DNA of 64,000 nt from Pedosphaera sp. (GTDB lineage Bacteria; Verrucomicrobiota; Verrucomicrobiia; Limisphaerales; SIBH01): NCBI GenBank assembly GCA_031414955.1, contig JANOQV010000308.1:1-64000 (forward strand), in the 5' to 3' direction. Below, piece by piece: positions 1 through 9,607 of this stretch (its first letter is position 1; every line of letters begins with the position of its first letter). Under the pieces are notes generated by a model that saw only the letters and a program-made list of their open reading frames with translations, had not been told where the DNA came from and ran no database searches. The translations under genes and the position numbers were made by a program.

Positions 1-224
1 CCGTGCCAAGGGAGATTCCGTAGCGGCGGATCGGCTGGGCGCATCGCGCCAGCCTTGCCCTGGTAGGGCGTCGCTGTCCCCAGCGCGCCGGGGTGAGGCA
101 TGCTCAAGTCCGAATGTTCTCGCCCGTTCGTGGCCCGGCGCGCTGGGACAGCGACGCCCTACCAGGGCAAGGCTGGCGCGATGCGCCCAGCCGATCCGCC
201 GCTACGGAATCTCCCTTGGCACGG
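1..224. repeat. ~90-bp near-perfect inverted repeat (arms 1-92 and 134-224) with a GTAG-type REP pair at its core
   Basis: 1-92 is the reverse complement of 134-224 except for one G/C indel. The core is GGTAGGGCGTCGCTGTCCCCAGCGCGCCG / CGGCGCGCTGGGACAGCGACGCCCTACC. The outer arm includes the 3' end of the YkgJ-like gene. Confidence 0.9.
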
Positions 225-525
225 CGCGGCAGATTTTTTCGAAGCCGGGAAAATTCCAGCCGTTGGGAAAATCGCGGCACTGCTGCGGCTTGACCGGCTG
301 CACGGCGCAGTCGCGGCCTTCGAGGAAGATACATTCACCGCCCGGCTTGTCTTGCAGGGCCAACCCGCTCCGATCGGCGCGCAGACGGGTGTGGCGCTGG
401 ATGAAATCGTGTTCGCCCAGTCCGAGGAATTCCGCCAGGCGCGTAATTTCCGCATCGCTCAACTTCACCTGGCCGGGCCAGCGGCAGCATTCGGTGCAGC
501 GGACGCACTCGTAGTGGATGGGCAT
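202..525 (-). CDS. YkgJ family cysteine-cluster (CxxCxxCC) protein
   Basis: CVRCTECC at the N-terminus, then CIFL....C.V...KPQQCRDFP. Last gene of the isomerase-flippase-lspA-rluA run. Confidence 0.85.
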   Translation of the reverse strand: MPIHYECVRCTECCRWPGQVKLSDAEITRLAEFLGLGEHDFIQRHTRLRADRSGLALQDKPGGECIFLEGRDCAVQPVKPQQCRDFPNGWNFPGFEKICRAVPREIP

Positions 526-532
526 GGGAATC

Positions 533-1477
533 CTACTTGGTCGCGCGCAGGGCTTGGAGGAGGGCCGTAAAATCCTCCGGCAGTGGTGCGGTAAGTTTCA
601 TCGGCTCTTCCGTGCGCGGATGCGCGAATCCCAAGGTATGGGCGTGGAGCATCTGGCGCGGAACTTTGGAGCCGAGTTGTTCCTCCAGGCGGGCATTTTG
701 TTTGCGTCCGTACGTGATGTCTCCCGCCACCGGGAAGCCCAGGTGCTGAAAGTGGACGCGAATCTGATGAGTGCGGCCGGTGTGCAATTGCGCGGCCACC
801 CAGGTCGCAGCCGGCAGCCGCTCGCGGACTTGGTAGCCGGTCCAGGCCTCGCGCCCGCCCTCCACGATGGCCATGCGTTTGCGGTGGGTCGCATGGCGCG
901 CGATGGGCGCGCGGATGTTGCCGTGCTCGCGGGGCAATTCGCCGCAGAGAATGGCGTCGTAGATTTTCTCGACGGTGCGCCCGGCGAATTGCTCCGCGAG
1001 TTTCTGGTGCGTGAAATCATTCTTGGCCACCACCAGGCAGCCGCTCGTGTCCTTGTCGAGCCGATGCACGATGCCAGGACGGGCCACGCCGCCGATGCCG
1101 CTCAGTTCGCCGCCGCAATGATGCAGCAGCGCGTTCACCAGCGTGCCCTCGTCGTGACCGGCGGCGGGATGCACGACGATGCCGGGTGGCTTGTTGAGGA
1201 CCAGCAGGTCGGTGTCCTCGAACAGAATGTCGAGGCCGATGGCCTGGGGCCGCGCCTCGGCGGGCCGCACCTCGGGCCAGAAGATGGAAACCACCTCCCC
1301 GGCGCGCGGGGCATGAGTGGGTTTTACCGGGTGATCATTCACGCGAATGTGCCCCTGCTCGATAAGCCGTTGAATTGTCCCTCGCGACACGGCCGGAAAG
1401 CGGGCGCGCAGAAAGACATCAAGCCGCTCGCTCGGACGTGAATGCTCGAGGGTGAAGGTTTCGTCGCGGTGATTCAT
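533..1477 (-). CDS. rluD: RluA/RluD family 23S rRNA pseudouridine synthase
   Basis: N-terminal S4 domain (RLDVFL), NKPPGIVVHP, catalytic HRLDKDTSG, TGRTHQIRVH, RQMLHA. Confidence 0.9.
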   Translation of the reverse strand: MNHRDETFTLEHSRPSERLDVFLRARFPAVSRGTIQRLIEQGHIRVNDHPVKPTHAPRAGEVVSIFWPEVRPAEARPQAIGLDILFEDTDLLVLNKPPGIVVHPAAGHDEGTLVNALLHHCGGELSGIGGVARPGIVHRLDKDTSGCLVVAKNDFTHQKLAEQFAGRTVEKIYDAILCGELPREHGNIRAPIARHATHRKRMAIVEGGREAWTGYQVRERLPAATWVAAQLHTGRTHQIRVHFQHLGFPVAGDITYGRKQNARLEEQLGSKVPRQMLHAHTLGFAHPRTEEPMKLTAPLPEDFTALLQALRATK

Positions 1478-1495
1478 GGATGGCCCTAGTGGACG

Positions 1496-2011
1496 TCAGG
1501 CTTTGGTCGCCTGGGTCGCTTTGGGTTGTTGCTCCGTGCGCCAGGAGAGAATGAAGAGCAGCGCCACGCCAATGCAGATGGCGCTGTCGGCGACATTGAA
1601 GGCCGGGAATTGATGTTCCACCCCGCGCCGCGTGATGACGTGGAAGAGGAGGAAATCCACGACGTGGTGGTGAACGATGCGGTCGATCAGATTGCCGGCG
1701 ATGCCGCCGAGGAGCAACCCGAGCGCCGTGGCTCCGAAGCCGGTGTTGGCCCCGAACCATTTGCGCACGAAGACCAGCGCGACCAGCGCGAAGCCCGCGA
1801 CCAGGCCGAGGAGTTTGTTATTATCGTGAAACATGCTCCAAGCTGCGCCCGTGTTGTGCCAGTGAACAAGCCTGAGGAAGCCCGGCAGAAGGTGAACTTC
1901 GCTCTCGTAGGGCGCGGGCAGATATTTGAGCACGGCAAACTTGGAGGCCTGATCCGCAGCCAGAACGCAGACGGCAACCAGGGCGATCTGTCCATTTTTA
2001 TTCCGATTCAA
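1496..2011 (-). CDS. lspA: Lipoprotein signal peptidase II (start uncertain; TTG at 2011 chosen)
   Basis: DQASK, NTGAAWS, GNLIDR, VVDFL and FNVADSAI motifs. Confidence 0.93.
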   Translation of the reverse strand: MNRNKNGQIALVAVCVLAADQASKFAVLKYLPAPYESEVHLLPGFLRLVHWHNTGAAWSMFHDNNKLLGLVAGFALVALVFVRKWFGANTGFGATALGLLLGGIAGNLIDRIVHHHVVDFLLFHVITRRGVEHQFPAFNVADSAICIGVALLFILSWRTEQQPKATQATKA

Positions 2012-2096
2012 GGGGACTGTGTAGCGGTTGCGAGACGAGAGAACAAGGATGCGATTGAGCCGTCTGCGCGGCCGGCCGGCCGGAGCGGCCAAGGCT

Positions 2097-3308
2097 TCAA
2101 CTCTCCGCGCGCAATTCCTTCTCGGAGAGATGGTGCTTCTCCTTGAACATCATGTAAACGGCACCACCGACCAGGCTCCAGAAGAGACTGCCGGCGAAGG
2201 CCAAGAGCGAGAGCGAGAGTGCATCGGTGGGATTGGCCGCAATGGCCGGTGCGGCGAGGAGTTGGACGAAAAGATTTTCGCGCAAGCCCAGGCCACCGGG
2301 GAAAATGGGCACCGCCGCGAGGCAGATCACGGTCGGGACGATCAAGCAGAGCGGGAGCAGGCCGACGGTCATGTTCAAGCCCCGCGCCAGGACCCAGAAC
2401 TGAAGGACACAGATGAAATTCAGAAGCATGGACAGAAGGAGGGTTCTACTGACAAAGCCGCGCTGGCGTCCGAATTCACGACAGGATTCCAACGAGCGTT
2501 CAATCCAATCGCCCTTGGGCAGCCGACGCAACCAGGAGCGGGCACCGGACCATTGCCTGGACACGCCGCCGCGAAAGGCCAGGAAGACGAAGCCGCTGCT
2601 CAGCACCGTGATGGCTGTGAGCACGGCCGAGGCCGCAATCAAAGGTTCGTTGTAGATGATGCGCCAGACTTCGGAGAGCGCCGGGGCTGGCTCCGAGAGA
2701 AGCCGGCGTGCGGCGCGGCCCAAGCCGGCACGTTCGAACAATGCGTGGTTCGGAATCACCATCAGCGAGGCAAAGAGCAGCATGGCCCACAGCCCGATGA
2801 CGCGATCCACGAAAACTGTGACCACGGCCTCGGTCTTCTGCTGGCGCGTCTCGCGTGCGACATACACCGCTTTCATCACGTCCCCGCCTGCCGTGCCCAG
2901 CAAGAACGAATTAAAGAAATGGGCGACGAAGGAAATTTCCAGCGCGCGCGCGTAGGGCAAGCGCAGTCCCGGCACGCCCAGGACCATGCGCCAGCGTGCC
3001 ACACCGATGGCAAGAATTGATCCCATGAGCAGCAGGGAGATTCCCAGGGCGCTCGGTCGGACGCTGCGCAGGGTATGCCAAAGCGTCGGGGCGCCATAGG
3101 TCCAGCCCAATCGCCATTGTTCAGTGCGCGGCAACTGCTGCCACTTTGCAAAGTCAATCAATTGCCCGTGGTCGCGCAATTCAGCACGGAGCGGCTTGGA
3201 TTGCTCGCGGGCTTCGTGGACGAAAATGGAGTGGAAGATCCAGACCAGCAGCATGGCTCCCACAGCCAGGCGCCATCCCGTGCTCCAGATTTTCCTCGCG
3301 GCGCTCAC
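2097..3308 (-). CDS. Lysylphosphatidylglycerol synthase TM / flippase-like (UPF0104) membrane protein
   Basis: RW, FFNSFLLGTAGGDVMK, VFVDRVIG and PGGLGLRE motifs; multiple TM segments. Confidence 0.85.
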   Translation of the reverse strand: MSAARKIWSTGWRLAVGAMLLVWIFHSIFVHEAREQSKPLRAELRDHGQLIDFAKWQQLPRTEQWRLGWTYGAPTLWHTLRSVRPSALGISLLLMGSILAIGVARWRMVLGVPGLRLPYARALEISFVAHFFNSFLLGTAGGDVMKAVYVARETRQQKTEAVVTVFVDRVIGLWAMLLFASLMVIPNHALFERAGLGRAARRLLSEPAPALSEVWRIIYNEPLIAASAVLTAITVLSSGFVFLAFRGGVSRQWSGARSWLRRLPKGDWIERSLESCREFGRQRGFVSRTLLLSMLLNFICVLQFWVLARGLNMTVGLLPLCLIVPTVICLAAVPIFPGGLGLRENLFVQLLAAPAIAANPTDALSLSLLAFAGSLFWSLVGGAVYMMFKEKHHLSEKELRAES

Positions 3309-4219
3309 TCTTCGCCCCAGAGCGACTTGATGTGGGCCACCCCAGCCAGAACCTGCGCGGTGTCGAGGCTCGATTTGAATTCAAACACCTTGATGTGCTC
3401 AGGTCGCACAAAGGGCTTGAGCGCGGCGAAGTCGATGCAGCCGGTGCCGGGCTGCTGATGATCTTCTCCAGGATATTTTACGTCATGAATGTGAAAACCC
3501 GCGAGCCGCTCGGTGAACGACTCGAGGTGCATGGCGTGCCCGATGAAGCCAAGGTTCTCCTTGATCTGGGCGTGGCCGGTGTCGTGCCAGTACCGCACCA
3601 CCGGCGAGTTGAATTCCCGAAAGAACAGGTCGAGGTCGCTTTCGAAGGGAATCTCCTCCACCGCCTCACGGTTCTCCACGCCCAGCATCACGCCGCAACG
3701 CTCGGCCTCGGGAATGAGATGGCGCAACAGGTCGGCCGTGGCGTTGACATATTTTTCCTTGCGATCCTCGCGCTTGCGGCAGGCCTCGTCGCAGAGCTTC
3801 TGGAACTTCGGCGTGTCGCGCTTCCCGTCCTCCGCCAGTTCGAGGAGCTTCTCCGTGTAATCCTTCATGTCCACGGAACCAAGATGCAGGATAACGATGG
3901 GTGCCTTCACGCGGGCCGCAGTCTCGATGGTCTTGAGTGAATGGCGAAATGCGTTCTCCCGCTCGCGCCGGTCCTCGGAGGAAAACTGGAAAATGTTCGG
4001 CGCGGCGCGCTCCACCCCCACGGGCAGCGGGCAGAAATTGTGGACCGAGGAAATCTTCACGATGCCCGCATCCACGGCGTCGAGAATGCCGGGGAGGAGA
4101 CTGATGCGAATGCCATGGCTCAGTTCGGCGGAATTGAAGCCGAGCGAGCGTATCTCCTCAAGCATGGCCCGCCCGTCGATGTGGCGCTGTGAGTTCCAGC
4201 AACTGGAGAGTGAATACAT
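3305..4219 (-). CDS. Sugar phosphate isomerase/epimerase (xylose-isomerase-like TIM barrel)
   Basis: Metal-binding pattern GVENRE, WHDTGHA, FHIHD, DHQQPGTG, VFE. Confidence 0.85.
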   Translation of the reverse strand: MYSLSSCWNSQRHIDGRAMLEEIRSLGFNSAELSHGIRISLLPGILDAVDAGIVKISSVHNFCPLPVGVERAAPNIFQFSSEDRRERENAFRHSLKTIETAARVKAPIVILHLGSVDMKDYTEKLLELAEDGKRDTPKFQKLCDEACRKREDRKEKYVNATADLLRHLIPEAERCGVMLGVENREAVEEIPFESDLDLFFREFNSPVVRYWHDTGHAQIKENLGFIGHAMHLESFTERLAGFHIHDVKYPGEDHQQPGTGCIDFAALKPFVRPEHIKVFEFKSSLDTAQVLAGVAHIKSLWGEE

Positions 4220-4223
4220 AAGC

Positions 4224-4263
4224 AAAAAGGCCGGGCGCGCATCCTGATGACCGCACCCGGCCT
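4224..4263 (-). terminator. Intrinsic terminator after rpsU
   Basis: AGGCCGGG..CCCGGCCT hairpin followed by T5 on the minus strand, about 20 nt after the rpsU stop. Confidence 0.7.
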
Positions 4264-4281
4264 GAACCGTTCAAATATCCA

Positions 4282-4479
4282 TCACAGATCGGCGTAGCGC
4301 GCTGTCAGCATGGCGGAGAAACGCGCCGCCTTCATCTTGCGGCGTTTACGTTCGCTCGGCTTTTCAAAATGCCGGTGATTACGCACTTCCTTGAGTGTGC
4401 CTTCGCGGTCAATTTTCTTTTTCAACCGGCGGAGAGCTTTCTCAACGGACTCGCCTTTTTTAAGTCTGATTTCGGTCAA
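4282..4479 (-). CDS. rpsU: 30S ribosomal protein S21 (TTG start)
   Basis: ESVEKALRRLKKK...HFEKPSERKRRK. Confidence 0.97.
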   Translation of the reverse strand: MTEIRLKKGESVEKALRRLKKKIDREGTLKEVRNHRHFEKPSERKRRKMKAARFSAMLTARYADL

Positions 4480-4558
4480 CTTTAATTCACTTCCTCTCTA
4501 AAGCTGCTGGGGAATGGCCTCACGTTCACCGTGACTGTCTTCCTCAGAGCGGGGCGTG

Positions 4559-4586
4559 AGAGTAGCCGCCGAACGCCTTGTGTCAA
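4559..4586 (-). promoter_or_regulatory. Putative sigma70 promoter of rpsU
   Basis: TTGACA-N16-TACTCT on the minus strand, about 80 nt upstream of the start. Confidence 0.55.
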
Positions 4587-4830
4587 CGGGCAATTCCGGA
4601 CAATTCCGGGATTGTCATGGCGAACTCCACGGTCAGAACCTCGCCAAACTCAAGCCTCCCACCGCAGCTTCGCCCCCATTTCTTGCGGGCCATCAGGAAT
4701 TTTGTGAAACGGCAGGCGGTCACCACTTTGCCAACAGGCAAAAGGCCGATCCAACAGGGCAAATGTCAGAACGGCTAAAGATCGCTTGCCGGTCAGAAAA
4801 ACCGGTGCGCTCAACTGCGCGCAATGCAAC

Positions 4831-6618
4831 TCAACCTGCAACCGCAGTTTCATGATTCTCCGGCTCGGCCCACTTGCCGTGTTCCTTGATCAGATCAACG
4901 AGGCGCTCGACAGCTTCGACCTCGGGAATGTTGAACTTAATCGGCGTCTTGCCCACGTAGAGGTTGATCTTGTTCGGCGCGCCGCCCACATAGCCGAAGT
5001 CGGCGTCGGCCATCTCGCCAGGGCCATTCACGATGCAGCCCATGATGGCGATCTTCACGCCCTTCAAGTGCTGGGTGCGCTCCTTGATGCGCGCGGTGAC
5101 GGTCTGGAGGTTAAACAGCGTGCGACCGCAGCTCGGGCAGGCCACGTAATCGGTCTTGAAGGACCGGCAGCCGGCGGCCTGCAAAATGTTGAAGGCCAGC
5201 CGCAGCGATTGTCCGCCGCCCGCTTCACCGCGCACGAGAATGGCGTCGCCGATGCCATCGGCCAGCAACGCCCCGATGACCACCGAAGCGCGAAGTAGCG
5301 CAATCTTCGGCTCCAAAGCCGTGGGTTGGAAAACCAGCAAGTCCTTGAGCAGAATCGGATTGTTCGAGCCGAGGCGCTTGAGCTTCGCCGAGAGCAAACG
5401 GAACGCGGCGATGGGCGGCAGCGTGACGCCGTCCTTCACGGTGATGAGTTGCGTGGCACAGTTGACCGTGAACTCCTGCGTGGGATCGACTTCCATCACG
5501 TTCAGGTCTTCGTAGACCGCCTCTGGCTTCACATCATCCTTGGGGCGAATCTTCGGCGCGACCTTGTCGAACGTGGCGCGAGTGACGACGACGCGGATCA
5601 ATTGCTCGCCGCCACATTTCACGTTTTCGCTCAGTTCAATCTCGGGAGTGACGCGACGCTCGAACTCGAACGGGTTGAAGGGAAATTCCGAATGACGAAT
5701 GACGAATGACGAATTGGCCAGCGTTGGAATTTGGGCAAGCAAGTCGTTGCATACTTCGATCTCGCGCGGACTGTCCTCCGTGAGCGAGACGCGAATGGTG
5801 TCGCCCAGCCCATCGCAGAGCAACGAGCCGATGCCGATGGCGCTCTTGATGCGGCCGTCCTCCCCTTCCCCAGCCTCGGTCACGCCGAGGTGAATCGGGT
5901 AGTTCCAGTCCGGCCCCAACTCATTGAGCCGCGCCACGAGCAGGCGGTAGCACTCGATCATCACCTTGGGGTTCGATGACTTCATCGAGAACTTGAAGTT
6001 GTGGAAGTCGTGCTTGCGCGCGATGCGGGCAAACTCCAGCGCGCTCTCCACCATGCCGAGCGGCGTGTCGCCGTAGCGGTTCATGATGCGGTCGCTCAAC
6101 GAGCCGTGATTCGTGCCGATGCGCAAGGCGCGCTTGAGCCGGATGCTCTCCTTGACCAGCGGGGTGAACGCTTCCTCGATGCGCTGCAGTTCCTCAGCGT
6201 ATTCCGCGTCGGTGTATTCGAGCACGGCGAACTTTTTCTTGTCCGCGTAATTGCCGGGATTGACCCGCACCATCTCCACCCACTTCACGGCCTCCATCGC
6301 GGCGTCAGGCTTGAAATGAATGTCCGCCACGATGGGCACCAGGCAGCCGCGCGCGCGCAACTCGCGCACGATGTTCTCCAGGTTCGCGGCATCCTTCACC
6401 GTCGGCGCGGTGATGCGCACGATCTGGCAACCGACGGCCACGAGGTCGAGCGTTTGCTGGACGGACAGCGCCGTGTCCATGGTGTCGCAGGTGATCATGG
6501 ACTGCCGCACCACGGAATGATTGCCACCCAGGATGACCCCACCGCGCGCGGTGTCGCCAACGAGGACTTCGCGCGTCTGACGCCGCTGAAAAGTGTAAGG
6601 AGACTGGCAGTAATTCAT
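4831..6618 (-). CDS. ispG: (E)-4-hydroxy-3-methylbut-2-enyl-diphosphate synthase, long form
   Basis: PIVADIHF, RVNPGN, RIGTNHGSLS, HLGVTEAG, ACPSCGRT and MGCIVNGPGE motifs, with an extra central domain. Confidence 0.97.
   Translation of the reverse strand: MNYCQSPYTFQRRQTREVLVGDTARGGVILGGNHSVVRQSMITCDTMDTALSVQQTLDLVAVGCQIVRITAPTVKDAANLENIVRELRARGCLVPIVADIHFKPDAAMEAVKWVEMVRVNPGNYADKKKFAVLEYTDAEYAEELQRIEEAFTPLVKESIRLKRALRIGTNHGSLSDRIMNRYGDTPLGMVESALEFARIARKHDFHNFKFSMKSSNPKVMIECYRLLVARLNELGPDWNYPIHLGVTEAGEGEDGRIKSAIGIGSLLCDGLGDTIRVSLTEDSPREIEVCNDLLAQIPTLANSSFVIRHSEFPFNPFEFERRVTPEIELSENVKCGGEQLIRVVVTRATFDKVAPKIRPKDDVKPEAVYEDLNVMEVDPTQEFTVNCATQLITVKDGVTLPPIAAFRLLSAKLKRLGSNNPILLKDLLVFQPTALEPKIALLRASVVIGALLADGIGDAILVRGEAGGGQSLRLAFNILQAAGCRSFKTDYVACPSCGRTLFNLQTVTARIKERTQHLKGVKIAIMGCIVNGPGEMADADFGYVGGAPNKINLYVGKTPIKFNIPEVEAVERLVDLIKEHGKWAEPENHETAVAG
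5690..5714. repeat. (GAATGAC)x3.5 heptamer tandem inside ispG
   Basis: GAATGACGAATGACGAATGACGAAT, the same unit as the intergenic array at 43426-43520. Translates as part of NSSFVIRHSEF. Confidence 0.9.
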
Positions 6619-6648
6619 GAGTTCAAGAGCCGGTTTAACCGGGAGGAG

Positions 6649-6677
6649 AAATTACGAAGGGCCGGGGGGCGGGTCAA
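6649..6677 (-). promoter_or_regulatory. Putative sigma70 promoter of ispG
   Basis: TTGACC-N17-TAATTT on the minus strand, 30 nt upstream of the ATG. Confidence 0.5.
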
Positions 6678-6798
6678 TGTTTGCAGCAAAGCGCAGACGA
6701 TTGGCAACCGACTGCGCAAAACCGTCCGGAACTCAAACTTGGGCGCTTGCCACCACCTCGGGGGCGTCCCGCCCTGCCGGCTGCAAACCGACTACCCG

Positions 6799-8220
6799 CT
6801 ATTTCTTCGGCGCAAAGACCGGCACCTGCTGTTCACTGCGGTCGCTGCGGGAGCTGCGCCACCAATCGCCGGTGTCGAAAAAGGCGATGTAGATCATGAA
6901 CGTTATCAACAGGACGGCAAAGCCAGATTGAACCCAGTTTAGAATCTTTCCGCTGACGGGACGGCGGCGGATGGCTTCCACGAGCGCCAGGGTGATGTGG
7001 CCGCCATCCAGCACGGGCAGCGGAAGGAGGTTCAACAGGGCGAGATTGACGTTCATAATGACACTGAACCACAGCACCAGCCGCCAGCCTTCCTCATTCT
7101 CGAACAGGTTCTTATAGACACGGATGATCATGACCGCGCCGCCCAGTTGCTTCACGCCCACTTCGGACTTGGGCGAAATGAGGACGCCGAGAGTGCCGAC
7201 AATCTGGCCGACGCTGGATTTGATTTGTTCCCCAGGCGTGGGGTAGGCCAGGCCGGCGGCGTTGGTGGAACCAACCAGGGTCAGGATGCCGATGGACGGT
7301 TTAGCCTTCTCGGGCTGGATCGGCTTCTCCGGCAGCAACGCGACCTCGAGCTGTTCCCCGCCGCGCTTGATGGTGAGCTTCAAGGGCTGGCCTGCGGAAT
7401 TGGTCTCCGCATGGGCCACCGCTTCGTAGGAGTAAATCTTCTCTCCATTGAGCGCGACGATTTCATCACCCTGCCGCAGTCCCGCCAGGGCGGCCGGGCT
7501 GTTGGTCGCAAGATCATGAATGATGGAGCGGTGGGCCGAACTGACCAGAATCTGGCGCAAGGCGTCGCGCTCGTACCACTTGGTGGGCCGCCGGTAGGGC
7601 GACGGGTAGGCCATGCGAACCTCGCCCGCGCGTTCGTACTTCACGGGAATGTTGGTTCCCTCGCTGGCGATGATGCGCCACATCACGCTGTCCTGCGCGG
7701 GCGGTGCCCACTGCGAGATGGGCTTGTTATCCATCTCCAGGATTTTGTCGCCCGCCTGCAACCCGGCTTTCCAGGCCGGACCTTCCGGCACGACCCAGCC
7801 AATGGTGGTGGTTTTGTCCATTTCCATCGGTTTGCCCACCACCCAAACGATGACGGCAAAGACCACGGCCAGCAGGAAACTGAAAAGAGGCCCGGCGAAG
7901 GCCACAATGATCTTGTCCAGCGGTGAAATGGCCGGAAGGGGCTCCTTCTTTTCGCCGTCCTCGCCCTTGCCCTCGATCAGATCCATCGGAGCCATCTGCG
8001 GAAGTGAGACGTAGCCGCCGGCCGGGATCGAGCCGAGGCAATACTCCACGCCGTTATACTTCATCTTCCAGATCGGCTTGCCGAACCAGACAGCGAAGCG
8101 CTCAACCTTCAATCCGCGCCAGCGCGCGGCCAGGAAATGCCCCAGCTCATGAACGAAAATGAGCAGGTTGAAGAGCAGCAGCACTTCCAGAACGATCAAG
8201 ACTGTTTTCAAAACATGCAT
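6799..8220 (-). CDS. rseP: RIP (site-2) metalloprotease RseP with PDZ domains
   Basis: HELGH, FAGP, two PDZ-like segments, NLLPLPVLDGG; conserved cdsA-dxr-rseP-ispG synteny. Confidence 0.95.
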   Translation of the reverse strand: MHVLKTVLIVLEVLLLFNLLIFVHELGHFLAARWRGLKVERFAVWFGKPIWKMKYNGVEYCLGSIPAGGYVSLPQMAPMDLIEGKGEDGEKKEPLPAISPLDKIIVAFAGPLFSFLLAVVFAVIVWVVGKPMEMDKTTTIGWVVPEGPAWKAGLQAGDKILEMDNKPISQWAPPAQDSVMWRIIASEGTNIPVKYERAGEVRMAYPSPYRRPTKWYERDALRQILVSSAHRSIIHDLATNSPAALAGLRQGDEIVALNGEKIYSYEAVAHAETNSAGQPLKLTIKRGGEQLEVALLPEKPIQPEKAKPSIGILTLVGSTNAAGLAYPTPGEQIKSSVGQIVGTLGVLISPKSEVGVKQLGGAVMIIRVYKNLFENEEGWRLVLWFSVIMNVNLALLNLLPLPVLDGGHITLALVEAIRRRPVSGKILNWVQSGFAVLLITFMIYIAFFDTGDWWRSSRSDRSEQQVPVFAPKK

Positions 8221-8288
8221 AGTATCGGCACCCCATCATCGGCACAACCGTGCCCGAATCGGAGCGGGAATATAGCGGGGGAAGACTT

Positions 8289-9440
8289 TCAAGCAATGGA
8301 ACTTTCGGCTGCTCGCCGCGCCCAGGCATCAGCCTCCAAAATCCGTTCCAGCGACGGATGTTCGACGACCTGATGGGCCTCCATCGTCCGGCGCACGAGT
8401 CCCGTGATGCCGGGGAAATCCAGTTGGCGATTCACGAATGCTTCGACCGCCACTTCGTTCGCGGCGTTCAAAACGGCGGGCAAAGTGCCCCCGATCTCCC
8501 CTGCCCTGCGCGCCAGATCCAGCGCTGGAAACCGTTCCGGGTCCGGCTCCTCGAAGGTCAGCGAGCCGTACTTCGCCAGGCTCGTTTGAACGCGGTCGCT
8601 GGCGACGCGCTCGGGATAGGTGAGCGCGTATTGGATCGGCAGACACATGTCGGGTGTGGAGAGTTGGGCAATCATGGAACCATCCACAAACTCGACCATC
8701 GAGTGAACCACGCTCTGCGGATGCACCACCACACCGACGCGTGGCATCTCGATGTCGAACAGCCAGCGCGCCTCGATCATCTCCAAGCCTTTGTTGAAGA
8801 GCGTGGCGGAATCGATGGTGATCTTCCGCCCCATGACCCAGGACGGATGCTTGAGGGCGCGCTCGACGGTGATTTCGGAAAACTTCTCCTTCGGCCACGC
8901 GACCTTGTCGCGGAAAGGCCCGCCGCTCGCGGTGAGCCAGAGTTTGCGCACCGAGGATGGCGGCTTGCCATCAAGGCACTGGAAGATGGCCGAGTGCTCG
9001 CTGTCCACGGCCAGAACTTTGACGCCGTGTTTGCGCGCCTCACCCATCACCGTCTCGCCAGCCATCACGAGGATTTCTTTCGAGGCCACGGCGATGTCCT
9101 TGCCCGCGCGGATCGCCGCCAAGGCTGGTTGCAAACCCGCCGTGCCGACGATGGCGATGAGCACGAGGTCCGCCTCCGGCATGGTCGCGAGTTTCAGCAG
9201 TCCTGCATTGCCAGAATGCACCACGGTGGAGCCGAGCGCAGCTTGCACCTCGGAGACTTTGGCCGGATCGGAAATGGAGACGATCTGCGGCTGGTGTTGG
9301 CGGGCCTGCTCGATGAGCAGCTTGGAGTTGTTGCCCGCCGCCAGCCCGATCAGGCGGAAGCGCGCCGGAAGATCTTCGACGACTTTGACCGTGCTCGTGC
9401 CGATGGAGCCGGTGGAACCGAGTAAAACAACATTTTTCAT
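8289..9440 (-). CDS. dxr: 1-deoxy-D-xylulose-5-phosphate reductoisomerase
   Basis: LLGSTGSIG, VDSEHSAIFQCL, TASGGPFR, WVMGRKITIDSAT, NKGLE. Confidence 0.98.
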   Translation of the reverse strand: MKNVVLLGSTGSIGTSTVKVVEDLPARFRLIGLAAGNNSKLLIEQARQHQPQIVSISDPAKVSEVQAALGSTVVHSGNAGLLKLATMPEADLVLIAIVGTAGLQPALAAIRAGKDIAVASKEILVMAGETVMGEARKHGVKVLAVDSEHSAIFQCLDGKPPSSVRKLWLTASGGPFRDKVAWPKEKFSEITVERALKHPSWVMGRKITIDSATLFNKGLEMIEARWLFDIEMPRVGVVVHPQSVVHSMVEFVDGSMIAQLSTPDMCLPIQYALTYPERVASDRVQTSLAKYGSLTFEEPDPERFPALDLARRAGEIGGTLPAVLNAANEVAVEAFVNRQLDFPGITGLVRRTMEAHQVVEHPSLERILEADAWARRAAESSIA

Positions 9441-9460
9441 CGCGTGAGATGAAGGCGGGG

Positions 9461-9605
9461 GAAAATCCAAAATCCAAATCCCAAATCCCAAACAAATTCC
9501 AACAGCTCAAACTCCGATTGAATGCCCGCATGGCAGCGCATTGGACATTGAGCGGTTGGGTTTTGGAGTTTGTTTGGGATTTGGGATTTGGATTTTGGAT
9601 TTTTC
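9461..9605. repeat. Inverted heptamer array element ((A/C)CCAAAT-type), copy A
   Basis: Arm GAAAATCCAAAATCCAAATCCCAAATCCCAAACAAATTCCAA (9461-9502) is nearly the exact reverse complement of 9563-9605. Fills the cdsA-dxr gap. Confidence 0.9.
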
Positions 9606-9607
9606 AT

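Noticed and set aside
4556..4855. Small ORFs between rpsU and ispG
   Set aside because: No motifs, overlap with the rpsU promoter or the ispG end, and mutually conflicting frames.
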